Shown here piece by piece: positions 27,020 through 39,534 of a DNA stretch of 64,000 nt. Made by a program: the position numbers and the translations under genes. The notes beneath the pieces are model-generated. The model ran no database searches, was not told the DNA's origin, and saw only the letters and a program-made list of their open reading frames with translations. The stretch lies in NCBI RefSeq assembly GCF_009914755.1, contig NC_060931.1. One strand, given 5' to 3'. The DNA is from the human T2T-CHM13v2.0 reference genome, Homo sapiens. Each line of letters begins with the position of its first letter. The first letter of the stretch is position 1.

Positions 27020-27517
27020 GACTACAGAATTTGGAAAGAAGAAAAGTTATTTATTTTATTTCAGAAAAGGACAAGAAATAACTGTCAGGCAGAAACAGAT
27101 GAAAAGTGGAAGGTAAACAAGTCTAAGAGAATTGAAATTGAATGACTATATATTGGATTGAGGGACTATCCCACAGCCCACAAGTCTCAGTATTGTTATA
27201 CCTCTCTGAACAAGATAGAGTAAATCCTTATGCACAGAGCATTTAAAAAATGCCTCAGAGCAGAGAGCAGGAGCAGTGCTTATAAGTTCACATTCCAAGT
27301 TTCTAAGCTCTTTCCACCTGCCACCCTGCCTCCTGCAACGTAATTTTATCAAGATATGGAACAATGTAAAGGGCACAAAGTTGTTAGCTCTCCATCTATC
27401 TCAGATGAGAAAACAAACTCTTCTAAATACACAGAAAAAAAATCCAAAACTCACCACATATGATAGGATTTAAACAAATGGCCTAAACATTAACAAGTTA
27501 AAACCAAGTAGCATTAT

Positions 27518-27593
27518 GAAGGAAAGAAGGAAAAAAGGAAGGAAGGAAGGAAGGAAGGAAGGAAGGAAGGAAGGAAGGAAGGAAGGGAGGGAA
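27518..27593 (+). repeat. (GGAA)n microsatellite, 12 perfect units at 27537-27584
   Basis: Counted directly from the sequence. Confidence 0.95.
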
Positions 27594-27597
27594 GATA

Positions 27598-27945
27598 AAT
27601 TTTACATGTCAGTGGGCTTAAAAGTGTTATTAAAAGATGAAGCTTCACACATTGGGTCAAAAAATTAAATCCAAACACATGCTGTTTATAACACTAATCT
27701 AAAGAAACCTAAAGAAAGTGACACAAAATTAAAGTTTAATAAATAGTCCAAATACATAATAAATATACAATAACTAGCAATCAATTTATATGTCAGAAAT
27801 ACACAATTAGAAAATATAGTGAGAATAAACCATTCCTGTTAGCAATATACATTATAAAATGACTAGAAAAAAGTTTAATAAAAACTGTGTGGAAGAATAT
27901 TTGAAATGTGTACATAAAGTAACATTGAAAAATACTGAAAGCATT
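27598..27945 (+). mobile_element. Very old L1M ORF2 fragments
   Basis: Resembles the endonuclease start (ATGTCAGTGGGCTTAAA...ACATGCTGTTTATAA). Confidence 0.55.
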
Positions 27946-28129
27946 TAACAGCAGCTAGTACCAAAGTTAATCACTGATCTTGACTGAGGATGGTATCATA
28001 AGATATTTTTTAATTTCCTTCTTTCTACTGTGAAAATTCTGTTTCAGTTGTAATGATAGATAAACCTCCAGCTGGATAGAGTGGAATTACTACAAGATTA
28101 TAGGTAAACTCAAGGAGATGGTCTAATTT

Positions 28130-28730
28130 AAAAACTGCATAAATTGAACAGTGGAAAAGATGACATTTATCTAAAACCAAATTGTAAAGTATTGTTTTGT
28201 TAATTGTAAGAAAAATAATTATAAGGTAGATTAGTTTATTACACATAAATTGAGTTCAGTCCAATTACTTTTTCCTTTGATAAGTTTACAATCTCATAAA
28301 TGAAGAAAATGGTGTAGGCAACATATCTGAATTTCAGCAAGGCATTAAAAAGACTCATGGTTGAATAATAATGAACACAATGGATAATTGTTAAGCAGAT
28401 TGGCATGTACGTGTATAGATCCTAATATCTGAATGATCTAACTGAAAGAAATTATTTTTATTGTTTAATATTAAATTGCAGTTAGATCTCTTAGGGAAAG
28501 ATAAAGAAGTCTATTCTTTTCATTTTTTTGTTCAAAATTTTGGTATTCCACACAAATAAAAACTGAGGCTGTCTTTTAAGTATATACTAGGAATACTACC
28601 TTTTAATTGTCATTAAATATAATATTTGATCAAATAGAATCTTTTATGAAAAAATTACTTTGAAATTCCAATGTAATGTACAGTATAGTATTTTGTGTTT
28701 AAGCCAACATTTTGTTGGGAAAATGGGAGA
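28130..28730 (+). mobile_element. L3/CR1 LINE reverse-transcriptase fragment
   Basis: TATCTGAATTTCAGCAAGGCATT encodes YLNFSKA, matching the CR1 YLDFSKAFD motif. Confidence 0.7.
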
Positions 28731-29139
28731 CAGGTAAGTCTGAATTACCCAAAGAGCCAAATGTAAGAATAAGTCTCTGTTGGGTTTCTCCAATCTTTCA
28801 AGAGGTGTGTAGCTATCTAATTTACTATAATAGGTAGTATAGCATGGCTATAAGAAAAGACATGTAATTGTGGAGAAGAAAGATCTTAGAGGGATGACAG
28901 ACAGGCACCACCAACAAGCTTCACCAGTACCATTCTTTGCCTTCTGGTAATTTGACTACCATTAATTAAAAGGCATTGGCTAAGGTTCAGATCATTTGGA
29001 CCAGGCAACTTCTAGAATCAAATAATATTTGCAAATATATGTGTTTGAATAACATTTACCATACAAATGTTCACAATATAATAATTTTGATATGATATTT
29101 ACAATACTATATTCACAATAAAATATTTTCAACTTTTAT

Positions 29140-29995
29140 AATCGACAAAAGTTTTATCACCAGGACATATAGGGCTTACATATCAATGGCAAGCAAAAAA
29201 CAATCGAAATATTTGGCATAGTATTTAAAAAGACACTTAACAAAAGAAGTTATAGAATGAATATGAGCATACCAATTAATATTCGCATCATTACTCACCA
29301 AAGAATTGCACACTGAAATCTCAATGAAAGACCTCATTGGAAAAATTAAGTAGCCTGATAATACTAAGATGAAGATGTGAAGCAAGAACTTTTTACGTTT
29401 CAGGTAAGAATGTAAAATAACATAACCGTTTTGGAAGGGCTGTATTTCTTTATATAATTAAACATACACTTACCATATGACCCAGCCATTCTACTCCTAG
29501 ATATCAGCCAAAGGAAATGAAAAAATGTGAACACAATCTTGTATGTGAATGTTCATAGTAAATATTAATATATCCATAATAGCCCAAACTAGGAACAACC
29601 TACATGAAGAGCAACAAGTGAATGGACAACCAGAAACATTGAGATTTATGTAATGGGATATTACTCAGAAATAAAATGAAGTAAATGGCTGATACCAGCA
29701 ACCACATGGAGTTACCTCAAAAACATCATGCTGAGCAAAGAAAGACAATACAAAAGAGTATATGCTGTATGATTTCATTTCTATAAAGCTAAAGAAGGAA
29801 ATTATAATCTAAAGTATCAGAAATCAGATTAGTGGTTGCTTGTAACTAGGAGTTGAAGTGTTGACTGAAAAAAGATACTAGGAAAACTTTTGGGAAGATA
29901 AAAATGTCTATATTTTTATTATGGTTGTCGTAAATTTATCAAAACTCATTAAAATACATTTAAAATGTTAGTATTTTATTGAATATAAATAAAAA
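29140..29995 (+). mobile_element. L1ME/MD-type 3' end
   Basis: ACACTTACCATATGACCCAGCCATTCTACTCCTAG and AAATCAGATTAGTGGTTGC. Confidence 0.8.
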
Positions 29996-30014
29996 TGAAT
30001 AGTTAGTGTAAAAT

Positions 30015-31672
30015 ATCTTTTATAATAGCAACACAACACAAAATATTTAGAAATAATTTAATGCCAGATGTGTAAGACATATACAATGACACTAAAATCA
30101 TTGCTGAGATAAATTAATGAAGACTAAAATAAATGAAAATAATGCCATGCGAATGTTTAAGAAAACTCAGTAGTATTAAGATGTTAGTTGTTTTTGCTTT
30201 TTTTCTAAATTGATCTTTAATGAAATCAAAGAAAATTTAATGTAAGCAAAGCAAAATACCAGCATGATTTTTGTAGATATTGACAAACTGATGCTAAAAT
30301 GGAAAAAACCTGAAAATAGCAAAAACACTTATGAAAAAAGAACAAAGTTAGATGACGTCTACCACATGTTTTCAAGTTGTACTGTACAGCTAGAATAATT
30401 TAAAAAGTATGACCATGGCTAAAAGAAAAAGAAATAGACCAATAGACACAAATGGAACCCAGAAGTAGAACCATGTATAATAGAGTGCATGGATTTTTAC
30501 AAATGCCCCCAAGTAACACAATAGAGAAAATAACTGTGCTGAATTTAACTCAGAAAATGATACTGAAACAATTGAATATCCATGTGGAAAGAAAATGCAT
30601 CTTGATCCCCTTTCTTACTCCAAACATAAATTTTAATTTATGAAGATTATAGATCAAAATGTAAAAGCCATATCTATAACATTTCCACCAAAAATAACAG
30701 GAGAAGGTCTTTGAGACCTTTGTGTTAGACAAATACTGTTTTGTTTATATAAGCTACAGAAAAAACTAATCATGAAATAAATAGTCAATAAATTTGACAT
30801 CATCAGAATTTAAAACTTCGGCACATCAAAAAGGAAAAAAATAGACAAGCGGCAGACTAGGAGAAAATTTTCCATTATGTATCTGATAAAAGACTTGTAT
30901 TTTTGTACAAAGTATACAAGGAACTGCTTCAACTCGATAATATAAAATAAAATACTCCAGCTTAAACAATGGGAGAAATACTTGAGCAGACATATCATAT
31001 GAATGAACAATATGCACATGAAAAGTGTTCAATGTTAGTCATGATGTATATGTAAATTAAAATGACAATTAGGTTTTTTTGTATGCTACCAGAATGTCCA
31101 AAACTCAAAAAAACAGGTAACACTAAATGTCATCAAAGACGTGGAGAAACAAAAGGTCTGATACATTACTAATAGAAGTGTAAACACTTCAACCATTCTG
31201 GTAAAATCCTTGGCAATTTTGTATCAACTTAAACACAAACCTATGATGCAGCAGTTCTACTTGTAGGTGTTTACACAGAAAAATAAAAATATATGTTCAA
31301 AAAATGTCTTGTCCAAAATATTCATAGCGAAAAAGTTAAAGCAACTCAATATCCATCAAGAGCAGAATAGCATGTTCTTGGAATGGAATACTAATCCTCA
31401 GTGTATAGGAACAAACTACCAATACATGTAGCCACATGGATGTATCTCCCAGGCATCATGCTAAGTAAAAGAAACTAAAGAAAAACTGTAAAATGTATGA
31501 TTCCACTTAAATGAATTTCAGTAATAAGAAAAACTAATATATGGTGATATAACTGATTTCTATCACCACTGAACCATACCAGAACTGCTGTGGTTCTCTG
31601 AGGTAAGAGGAACTCTAGTTTGCAAGGGAAAACAAAGCAACTTTCTGGGCATAATGCAGTAGTCTAAATCTT
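30015..31672 (+). mobile_element. Old L1M (ORF2 3' part and 3' UTR); it resumes at 33484-33600 after an L1PB insertion
   Basis: A-rich L1 ORF2 motifs. The 3' UTR is split at a TSD. Confidence 0.8.
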
Positions 31673-33483
31673 TTAAAAATAGACTTAGGGGGTAAAAGTT
31701 CAGATTTCTTAGATGTATACATTGCATAGTGGTACAGTCTGGGCTTTTAGTGTATCCATCATCCGAATAGTGAACATTGTGCCCAGCAGGTAACTTACAA
31801 GATTTATCCTATCATCATTAATTAACACTTAGGTTGATTCCATGGCTTTGCTATTTTGAAGAGTGCTGTGATAACATATGAGTGCAAGTGTCTTTTTGAC
31901 ATTATGATTTCTTTTCCTGTGGGTAAATATCTCATAGAGAGATTGCTGGACTGAATGGTAGTTCTATTTTTAGTTCTTTGAAAATTTTCACACTGATTTC
32001 TATAGAGGTTGTACTAATTTATGTTCCCACCAGTAGTGAGTAAGTATTCCCTTTTCTCCACATCCTTGTAAGCATCTTTTTTTTTTTTTTTACTTTTAAG
32101 TAATAGCCATTCTCACTCATATGAGATGGTATCTTATTGTGGTTTTAAGTTGCATTTATCTGATGATAAATGACGTTCAGCATTTTTTCATGTTCGTTGG
32201 CTGGTTGTTTTCTTTTGAAAAATGTGTGTTTGTGTCCTTTACCCACTTTTTAATAGTTTTTTCTTTGATTTATTCTCATTGAGTGTTTTGAGTTTTTCAT
32301 AGATTGTGGATATTAGCCCTTTGTCAGATCAACACTTTGCAAATATTTTATCCACTTCTACAAGTTGTCTGTTTACTCTTGTAGTTTTCTGTGCAGAAGC
32401 TTTCTAGTGTAATGAAGTCCCATTTGACTATTTTTGTTTTTTATTGTGTTTGCTTTTGAGGACTTGGTATAAGCTCTTTGCCTAGGTCAATGTCCAGAAG
32501 AGTTTTCCCTAGGTTTTATTCTAGTATTTTTATAATTTCACATCTTACATTTAAGTTTTTATTCTACCTTGAGTGAATTTTTGTATATAGTGAGATAGGA
32601 GTCCAGTTTCATTCCTCTGCTTATGGCTATCCAATTTTTCCAGCACCATGTATCAAAGAGCATTTCCTTCCTCAGTGTATATTTTTGTTGACTTTGTGAA
32701 AGATGAGTTGGTCTTAGGTGTGTGGCTTTATTTCTGAGTCCTCTATCCTATCCTATTTATCTGTGTATCTGTGGTTATACTAGTACCATGCTATTTTGGT
32801 TACTATTGCCCTGTAGTATAATTTGAATTCAGATGATGTGATGCCTCCAGTTTTGTCCTTTTTGCTTAGGATTGTTTTGGCTATTTGGTCTACTTTTTTC
32901 AGTTCCATGTGAATTTTAGAATTCTTTATTCTAATTCAGTGAAAAATAACATTGGCATTTTGACAGGGATTGTGTTGAATGTGTAGATTGCTTTGGGCAG
33001 TGTGCTCACTTTAATAACATTGATTATTCCAATCCATGAGCATAGGATGTTTTTCCATTTGTTTGTGTCATCCACAATTTTTTCATCAGAACTACATCAT
33101 TTTATAGTTCTTCTTGTAGAGATCTTTTACCTCCTTAGTTAATTTTTTTAGGTACTTTTTATGTAGCTATAGTAAACATGATTGAGTTCTTGATTTGGTT
33201 ATCAGCTTGACCATTGTTAGTGTATAGGAATGCTACTAGTATTTGTGTGTTTATTTTGTATCCTGAAAGTTTTTACTGAAGTAGTTCAGCAAATCTAGGA
33301 GTCTTTTGGAGGAGTCTTTAAGAGTTCTCTAAGTATAAGATCATATCATTAGCAAAGTGAGATAGTTTGACTTCCTTTTTAAAATTTTTGAATGGCTTTT
33401 ATTTCTTTCTTTTGTCTGACTGCTGTAGGTAGGGCCTCCAGGATCAAGACAATAACGTCCACCTTCACCATTTCTATTCAAAA
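31673..33483 (-). mobile_element. L1PB4-like 5'-truncated L1 with a short 5' inversion
   Basis: 3' end TTAGGGGGTAAAAG...GTCTGGGCTTTTAGTGTATCCATCATCCGAATAGTG. TSD TAGTC(T/C)AAATCTT at 31660-31672 and 33484-33496. Confidence 0.9.
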
Positions 33484-35204
33484 TAGTCCAAATCTTGATG
33501 GTCACATGAATGCATGTATTTGCCACAATTTATAAACCCATACTTTCAATGTCTAGAATTTCACTCTATGTTATCTCTACCTCTTTTTATAATATATATG
33601 GTAATTTTTAAGATTCATTTCCTCTGTACTGGGCAATTCCCAGAAATAAACAATAGTGGGCAAATAAAAGCTGTAAGGGGAACTAAAATAGCACCACTGC
33701 ATATAATGACACTGCATCAAAGAAAAAATGAAGTACTTCAAAGTTGTTGCATGGCTCAGAACAGCCAGAAAATAGCATCTCCAGAGACAGGGCACCCTGG
33801 TATAGGGTAATCAGAAGTAAGATGGTTCATTTCTAGAAAAGAGCTGCAAAATCACTCTCAAGAAATTTTTGATAAATTAAAATGACTTCTTAATGGACTA
33901 TGAAGAGGAGAAGTAAAACTGTTATCAGTGAAGACTTTATAAAAGCCACAACTATGAATTAAACACAAACCTTATTTTTTCAAAAAATAAAACTTTTCAG
34001 TTTTCAACTACCTTGTAATTAGAAACAATCACTTCAAATATTGCTGATCTTCTTTTTTTAACAAATATTCATTAACTTATCCACAATAAATGTTTACCTA
34101 GTTACTATAGATGGATAAGATTATGCACTAAATCATTAAGAATTACATAGTTATAGGATGCTTTATGTGAAGACACATAATTAATTACAATAACAATTAG
34201 AAATACCATAAATATATTTTATTTTGTGTGGGATTATTTAAACTCTATTTATCAACTTCTGAGGGTGTAGAAAGCTTTTAGAGAGCCAAAAATTCCAGAA
34301 TCGTTTCCTCTTCTTCACTAGTAAATATTCATTGATAGCTTAGTTTGTGTAAAATTCTATTCTATATGCCTAGTATACATTGAAAAACAATATTGATAAA
34401 GATTTCTACCATTATGGATCTCATATAAAATCAAATCAGCAAAACTTTGGCCTCATTTTTATATGGCCTATTGTCTACATTAATGGTAAAAGATAACCAA
34501 AATTGAGAGTGGAAATGCTGAATTGATCCAAAGTATATTGTAAAAAATATTTAGATATTATACTTAAAGATTGAAAGATAAACTAATGCTTGCAGAAATT
34601 TACATACAATAAGGATTAAAACGACTGAGTTCTCACTCAACCATCAAGTATAGTTAATGATAAATACATATTACACCTTCTAAGTCACATATTCTTAGGC
34701 TTTTGTCATCAGATAGAGCAAAGTTACTATTTAATAATTATTAATAAATGCATTGACCAAAGGTGAGAATATAATAAAAGAAAAAAACTATAAAAATATG
34801 TAATTAGGTTTTAAGTCTTTGATAAAAATAAAAACGCTCAAATTATAAATTATATTAGTCATGATCTATAAAACATTTTAGAATCATTGTATGTTAAAAT
34901 GACCTTATCTTTAAATATTTCTAAGATATTCAGACTTCTAAGCTAAAAAATATCCTAGTTCATGTCCACAGTCAAAATACCTAAGAAGAAATTTAAAATA
35001 ATGGAAAAGTTATCATCTCATGGGGAAACTACCAAATTCCCTTGAACTTGACTCATTATGTAATATTAATAAATAATAATATTACTATAAATGTTTCAAT
35101 TACATGTTCATCTAGATGATTAATACAGATTGTTCTATATCCCAAATTTCTTATCTATTGTAATATGTGAAAAAAATCTAGAATATATGTTCTAATACTT
35201 GCTC

Positions 35205-35955
35205 TAGGAATTCTCACTCATTGCTAGTAAAAACACAAAATAATACAGTCACTTGGAAGACAGTTTTGCAATTTCTTATAAAGTTAAGCAAAGACTTACC
35301 ATATAACCCAGAAATTGTTTTCCCAGGTATTTACCCAGCTGATATAAAATGTATTTCCAATTAAAGCTCTGCATGAGAATGTTTATAGAAGTTTTATTCA
35401 TAATCATTAAAAATTGGAAGCAACCATGATATCTTCAATAACTGAATGTATAAGCAAACTATGGGACATCCATATGATAAATTACTGTGAATTTATGCAG
35501 TATTACTTCATGAAAACATATGAATGAATGTAAAATACATTTTACTAAGTCAAAGAAAAAAGATTTTAAAAGCTACATGATGTAACATTCTACTCATATG
35601 ATGTTTGGAAAAGGCAAGACTATAGGGATGAAAAACAGGTGGATTGTCAGGGGCAAGGAGATGGGAAAGTGTTTGACAAGAGTAAGCATAGAAAATGTTT
35701 CAGGGTGGTGAGACTAATCTTTATTGTACTGTAGTGAGGGATACATGACCCTCTGCCATTATCAAAACGCAAAGGACTTTAGAGCATAAACATTGAAGCC
35801 TAGTGTATACATTAAGACATTTGGGAGATTCCAGGATAGAATACAGACTATAATGAAAGAATCTAGCTATATTACACATGTATGACGTATCAGTGAAGGG
35901 GGTGGAGAAAAATGTGCTAACCTAAGAAACTTTGGAAAAATGATGTTTTGACTGG
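35205..35955 (+). mobile_element. L1MC/L1MD-type 3' region, first part
   Basis: CCAGGATAGAATACAGACTATAATGAAAGAATCTAGC...GAAGGGGGTGGAGAAAAATGTGCTAACCTAAG. It continues at about 39535. Confidence 0.8.
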
Positions 35956-37646
35956 TTTTACCAGGCTAGCATTATTCTCACATCAAAACCTGAGAGGACA
36001 CACAAAAAAAGAAAACTACATCCCAATATTCATGATGAACATAGATGCAAATATTCTCAACAAAATATTAGCAAAGCAAATCCAATAGCATATCACAAAG
36101 ATTATATACCATGATGAAGTAGAATTTATCCAGGAATGCAAGAATGATTCAACATATGCAAAACAATAAAGATAATAAATTGCATCAATAGAATGAAGGA
36201 CAAAAGCCATATGATCATCTTAATAGACACAGTAAAAGTATTTGATAAAATTTAATAACACTTTATGATAAAACTCTCAACAGATTAGTTATAGAAGAAA
36301 CATAGCTTAAAACAATAAAGATCACATATGACAAATCCACAGCTAACATAATACTGAATGGAGAAAAGTTGAAAGCTTTTTCTCTAATAACTGAAACAAG
36401 GCAAGGATGACCATTTTCACGTGTTTTATTCAACATAATAATCCAACTACTAGCCAGAGAAATTAGACAAGAGAAGGGAATAAAGTGCATCCAAATCAGA
36501 AAGGAGGAAGTCAAATTGTTGCTGTTTACACGTAGCATATTATATTTAGAAAAATTTAAAGACTTCATCAAAAAACTGTTAGAAATGACAAACAAATTTA
36601 ATAAAGTTGCAGGATACAAAACAAATATTCAAAATTAAATAGTGTTTTATACTTCAATAGCAAACAATTTGATAAGGAAATCAAGAATATAATCACATTT
36701 ACTATAGCTACAAATAATAAAGTAAAATAAATATCTAGGAATAAATTTAACCAAAGAGATGAAAGATATCTATAATGAAAGCTATAAAACACTGATGAAA
36801 GAAACTGAAGTGAGCACAAAAGGTTCAGAGATATTTCATGTTCATGGATTGAAAGAATTAATATTGTTAAAATGTTCATAATTCCTATAGCAGTCTACAT
36901 ATTCAATGCTATTACTATAATAATATCAATGCCATTCTTAACAGAAATTTCAGAAAAATCCTAAAATTTGTATAGAACCACAAAGACTCCAAATAGTCGA
37001 AGCAGATCTTGAGCCAAAAGAACAAAGCTGGAGGCATCACAATACCTGATTTCAAAATGTACTACAAATCTGCAGTAACCAAAACAGTGTGGTACTGACA
37101 CAAAAACAGACATGTAGACCAATGGAACAGAATAGAGAACCCGGTAATAAACCCATGGTATTTACAGCCAATAGATTTCTCACAAGAGCTCCAAAAATAT
37201 ACATTGGGTAAAGCACAGTCTCTTCAATAAATTGTTCTGGGAAAACTGAATATCCATATGCAAAAAATGAAACTAGATTCCCATCTCTCACCAAATATAA
37301 AAATAAAATAAAAATAGATTAAATATTAAATGAAAAAAGTATGAAACTACTAGAAGAAAATATATGAGAAATACTTCAGGACATAAATCTGAGCAAAGAT
37401 TTTTTTGATAGATATCAAAAACACAAGTAACAAAAGCAACAATAGACAAAAGCAATCATGTTAAATTAAAAAGCTTTTTTTATAACAAAGAAAATCAATA
37501 GAGTGAAGAGACATCCTACAGAATGAGATAAAATATTTGCAAACTAGCCATATAACAAAGAAGTGATGTCCAGAATATGTAAAGAATTTAAACCACTCAA
37601 CAGCAAACAATAAATAATAAAAATGGTCTTATTAAAAATGGGCAAA

Positions 37647-38149
37647 AACAAAGATAATGAAACATTTTACCAAAAAGATACATGCACGCATATGTTCATT
37701 GCAGCACTATTCACAATCACAGTGACGTGGAATCCATCAATGGTGGATTGGACAAAGAAAGCATGGTGCATACACAGCATGGAATACTACACAGACATTC
37801 AAAAGAATGAAATCATGCCCTTTGCAGCAACATGGATGCAGCTGTCGGCCATTATCCTAACCAAATTAATACAGGAACAGAAAAACAAATACCGCATGTT
37901 CTCACTTATAAAAGGCAGCCAAACATTGGGTACTCATGAACATAAAGATGACAACAATAGCCACTAGAGACTATTAGAGAAGAGACGGAAGGCGTGGGGA
38001 CAAGGGTTGAAAAACTAACTGTTGAGTACTATGCTCACTACCTGTGTGACAGGACCATTTGTATTCCAAACCTTAGCTTCATGCAACGTATCCAAGTAAC
38101 AAATCTGCACATGTACCCACCTGAATCTAAAATAAAACTCGAAATTATT
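37647..38149 (+). mobile_element. L1PA16-like 3' end nested in the L1MA
   Basis: CTGCACATGTACCCACCTGAATCTAAAATAAAA. Degenerate TSD TAAAAATGGGCAAA / TAAAAGTGGACAAA. Confidence 0.85.
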
Positions 38150-38303
38150 TAAAAGTGGACAAATTACTTGAACAGACATTTCTCAAAAGAAGACATACAA
38201 ATGTCAAACAGGTATATAAAAAAGTATTCATCATCACTAATCATCAGGAAAACTTGCAAATCAAAATCACAATGATAGTAGCCAATTAAAATGGCTACTA
38301 TCA

Positions 38304-38565
38304 GGTTAGAAACAATGAAAAATACCTGGTATTTGATAGCACAACAGGGTGACCACAGTCAATAATAATTTAATTGTACATTAAAAATAACTTAAAAAGT
38401 ATAATTTGATTGTTTATAATACAAAAGATATATGTTTGAGATTATGACTACCTCATTTACCATAATGTGATTATTACATATTGTATGACTGTATTAAAAT
38501 ATTCTATTAATATATACTCCATATATATAAACACTATGTACACACACAAATTAAAAATTAAAAAA
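38304..38565 (+). mobile_element. L1MA1/2-like 3' tip nested in the L1MA
   Basis: GTATTTGATAGCACAACAGGGTGACCACAGTCAATAATAATTTAATTGTACA. The host is split at GCTACTATCA|...AGACAAAA. Confidence 0.8.
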
Positions 38566-38857
38566 TAGACAAAATTACAAATGCTGGTGACGATGTGAAG
38601 AAAAGAAAACTCTTATACACTATGACAATGTAAATGAGTACAACCATTAGGCAAAACAGTATGGAGATTCTGCAAATAGACTAAAATAGAAATACCACAT
38701 GATCTATAAATCCCACTTCTGGATATATATCCAAAGGAAAGAAATTGATATATCAAGGATATATCTGCACTTCCACGTTTATCAAATCACTCTTCATAAT
38801 ATTTAAGAAAAGGAATCAATATGTTCATGAATGGAGGAATGGATAATGAATATGTGG

Positions 38858-39018
38858 TATACATACATGATGAATATATATCATTATGTATTTATGTATA
38901 TATGTATTTATGTGTATATATGTATTTATGTGTATACATATACACATGAATATATATGTATTTATCAATGTATAAATACGTGTGTATTTATGAATATATG
39001 AATATGTAGGTATTTATG
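38858..39018. repeat. TA-rich degenerate tandem repeat (TATATGTATTTATG-like units)
   Basis: Read directly. It expands within the L1 3' region. Confidence 0.85.
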
Positions 39019-39534
39019 TTCAGCCACAAAAAAGGAATGATATATTGTCATTTGCAGCAACATGGATGAGCCTGGAGGACATTATGTTAAATGAAATAAG
39101 CAAGGCACAGAAAGACACATATTGCAGGTTCTCACTTATATGTAAGTGGGAGCTTAAAAAGTTGATCTCGTAGAAGTGGAGAGTAGAATAGAGGTTACCA
39201 GAGGTTGGGAAGTGTAGGGGGTAGATGGTAGGGAGAAAATATGCACAGGTTTGTCAAGGGGTACAAAATTATAGTTAGATAGGAGGAATGAGTTCTAATA
39301 TTCTATATTATAGTAGAGTGACTGCAACTAAAATTAATGTATTCTACATTTCAAAATAATTTAGAGGAAATATTTTGAATGTTCTCAACACAAATAAACA
39401 ATAAATGTATGAGATGACAGACATGCCAATTACCCTGATTTGAGCATTACACATTGTTTACATGTATTGAAAATATCACATTTGCCCCATAAATATATAC
39501 AATTATTATATTTCAATTTAAATAAATAAATAGA

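Larger units (their letters stand above)
35956..39532 (+). mobile_element. L1MA4/5-like L1 (ORF2 RT region to 3' end) with nested insertions
   Basis: ATGAACATAGATGCAAATATTCTCAACAAAATA and 3' end CCCTGATTTGAGCATTACACATTG...AATAAATAAA. Confidence 0.9.
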
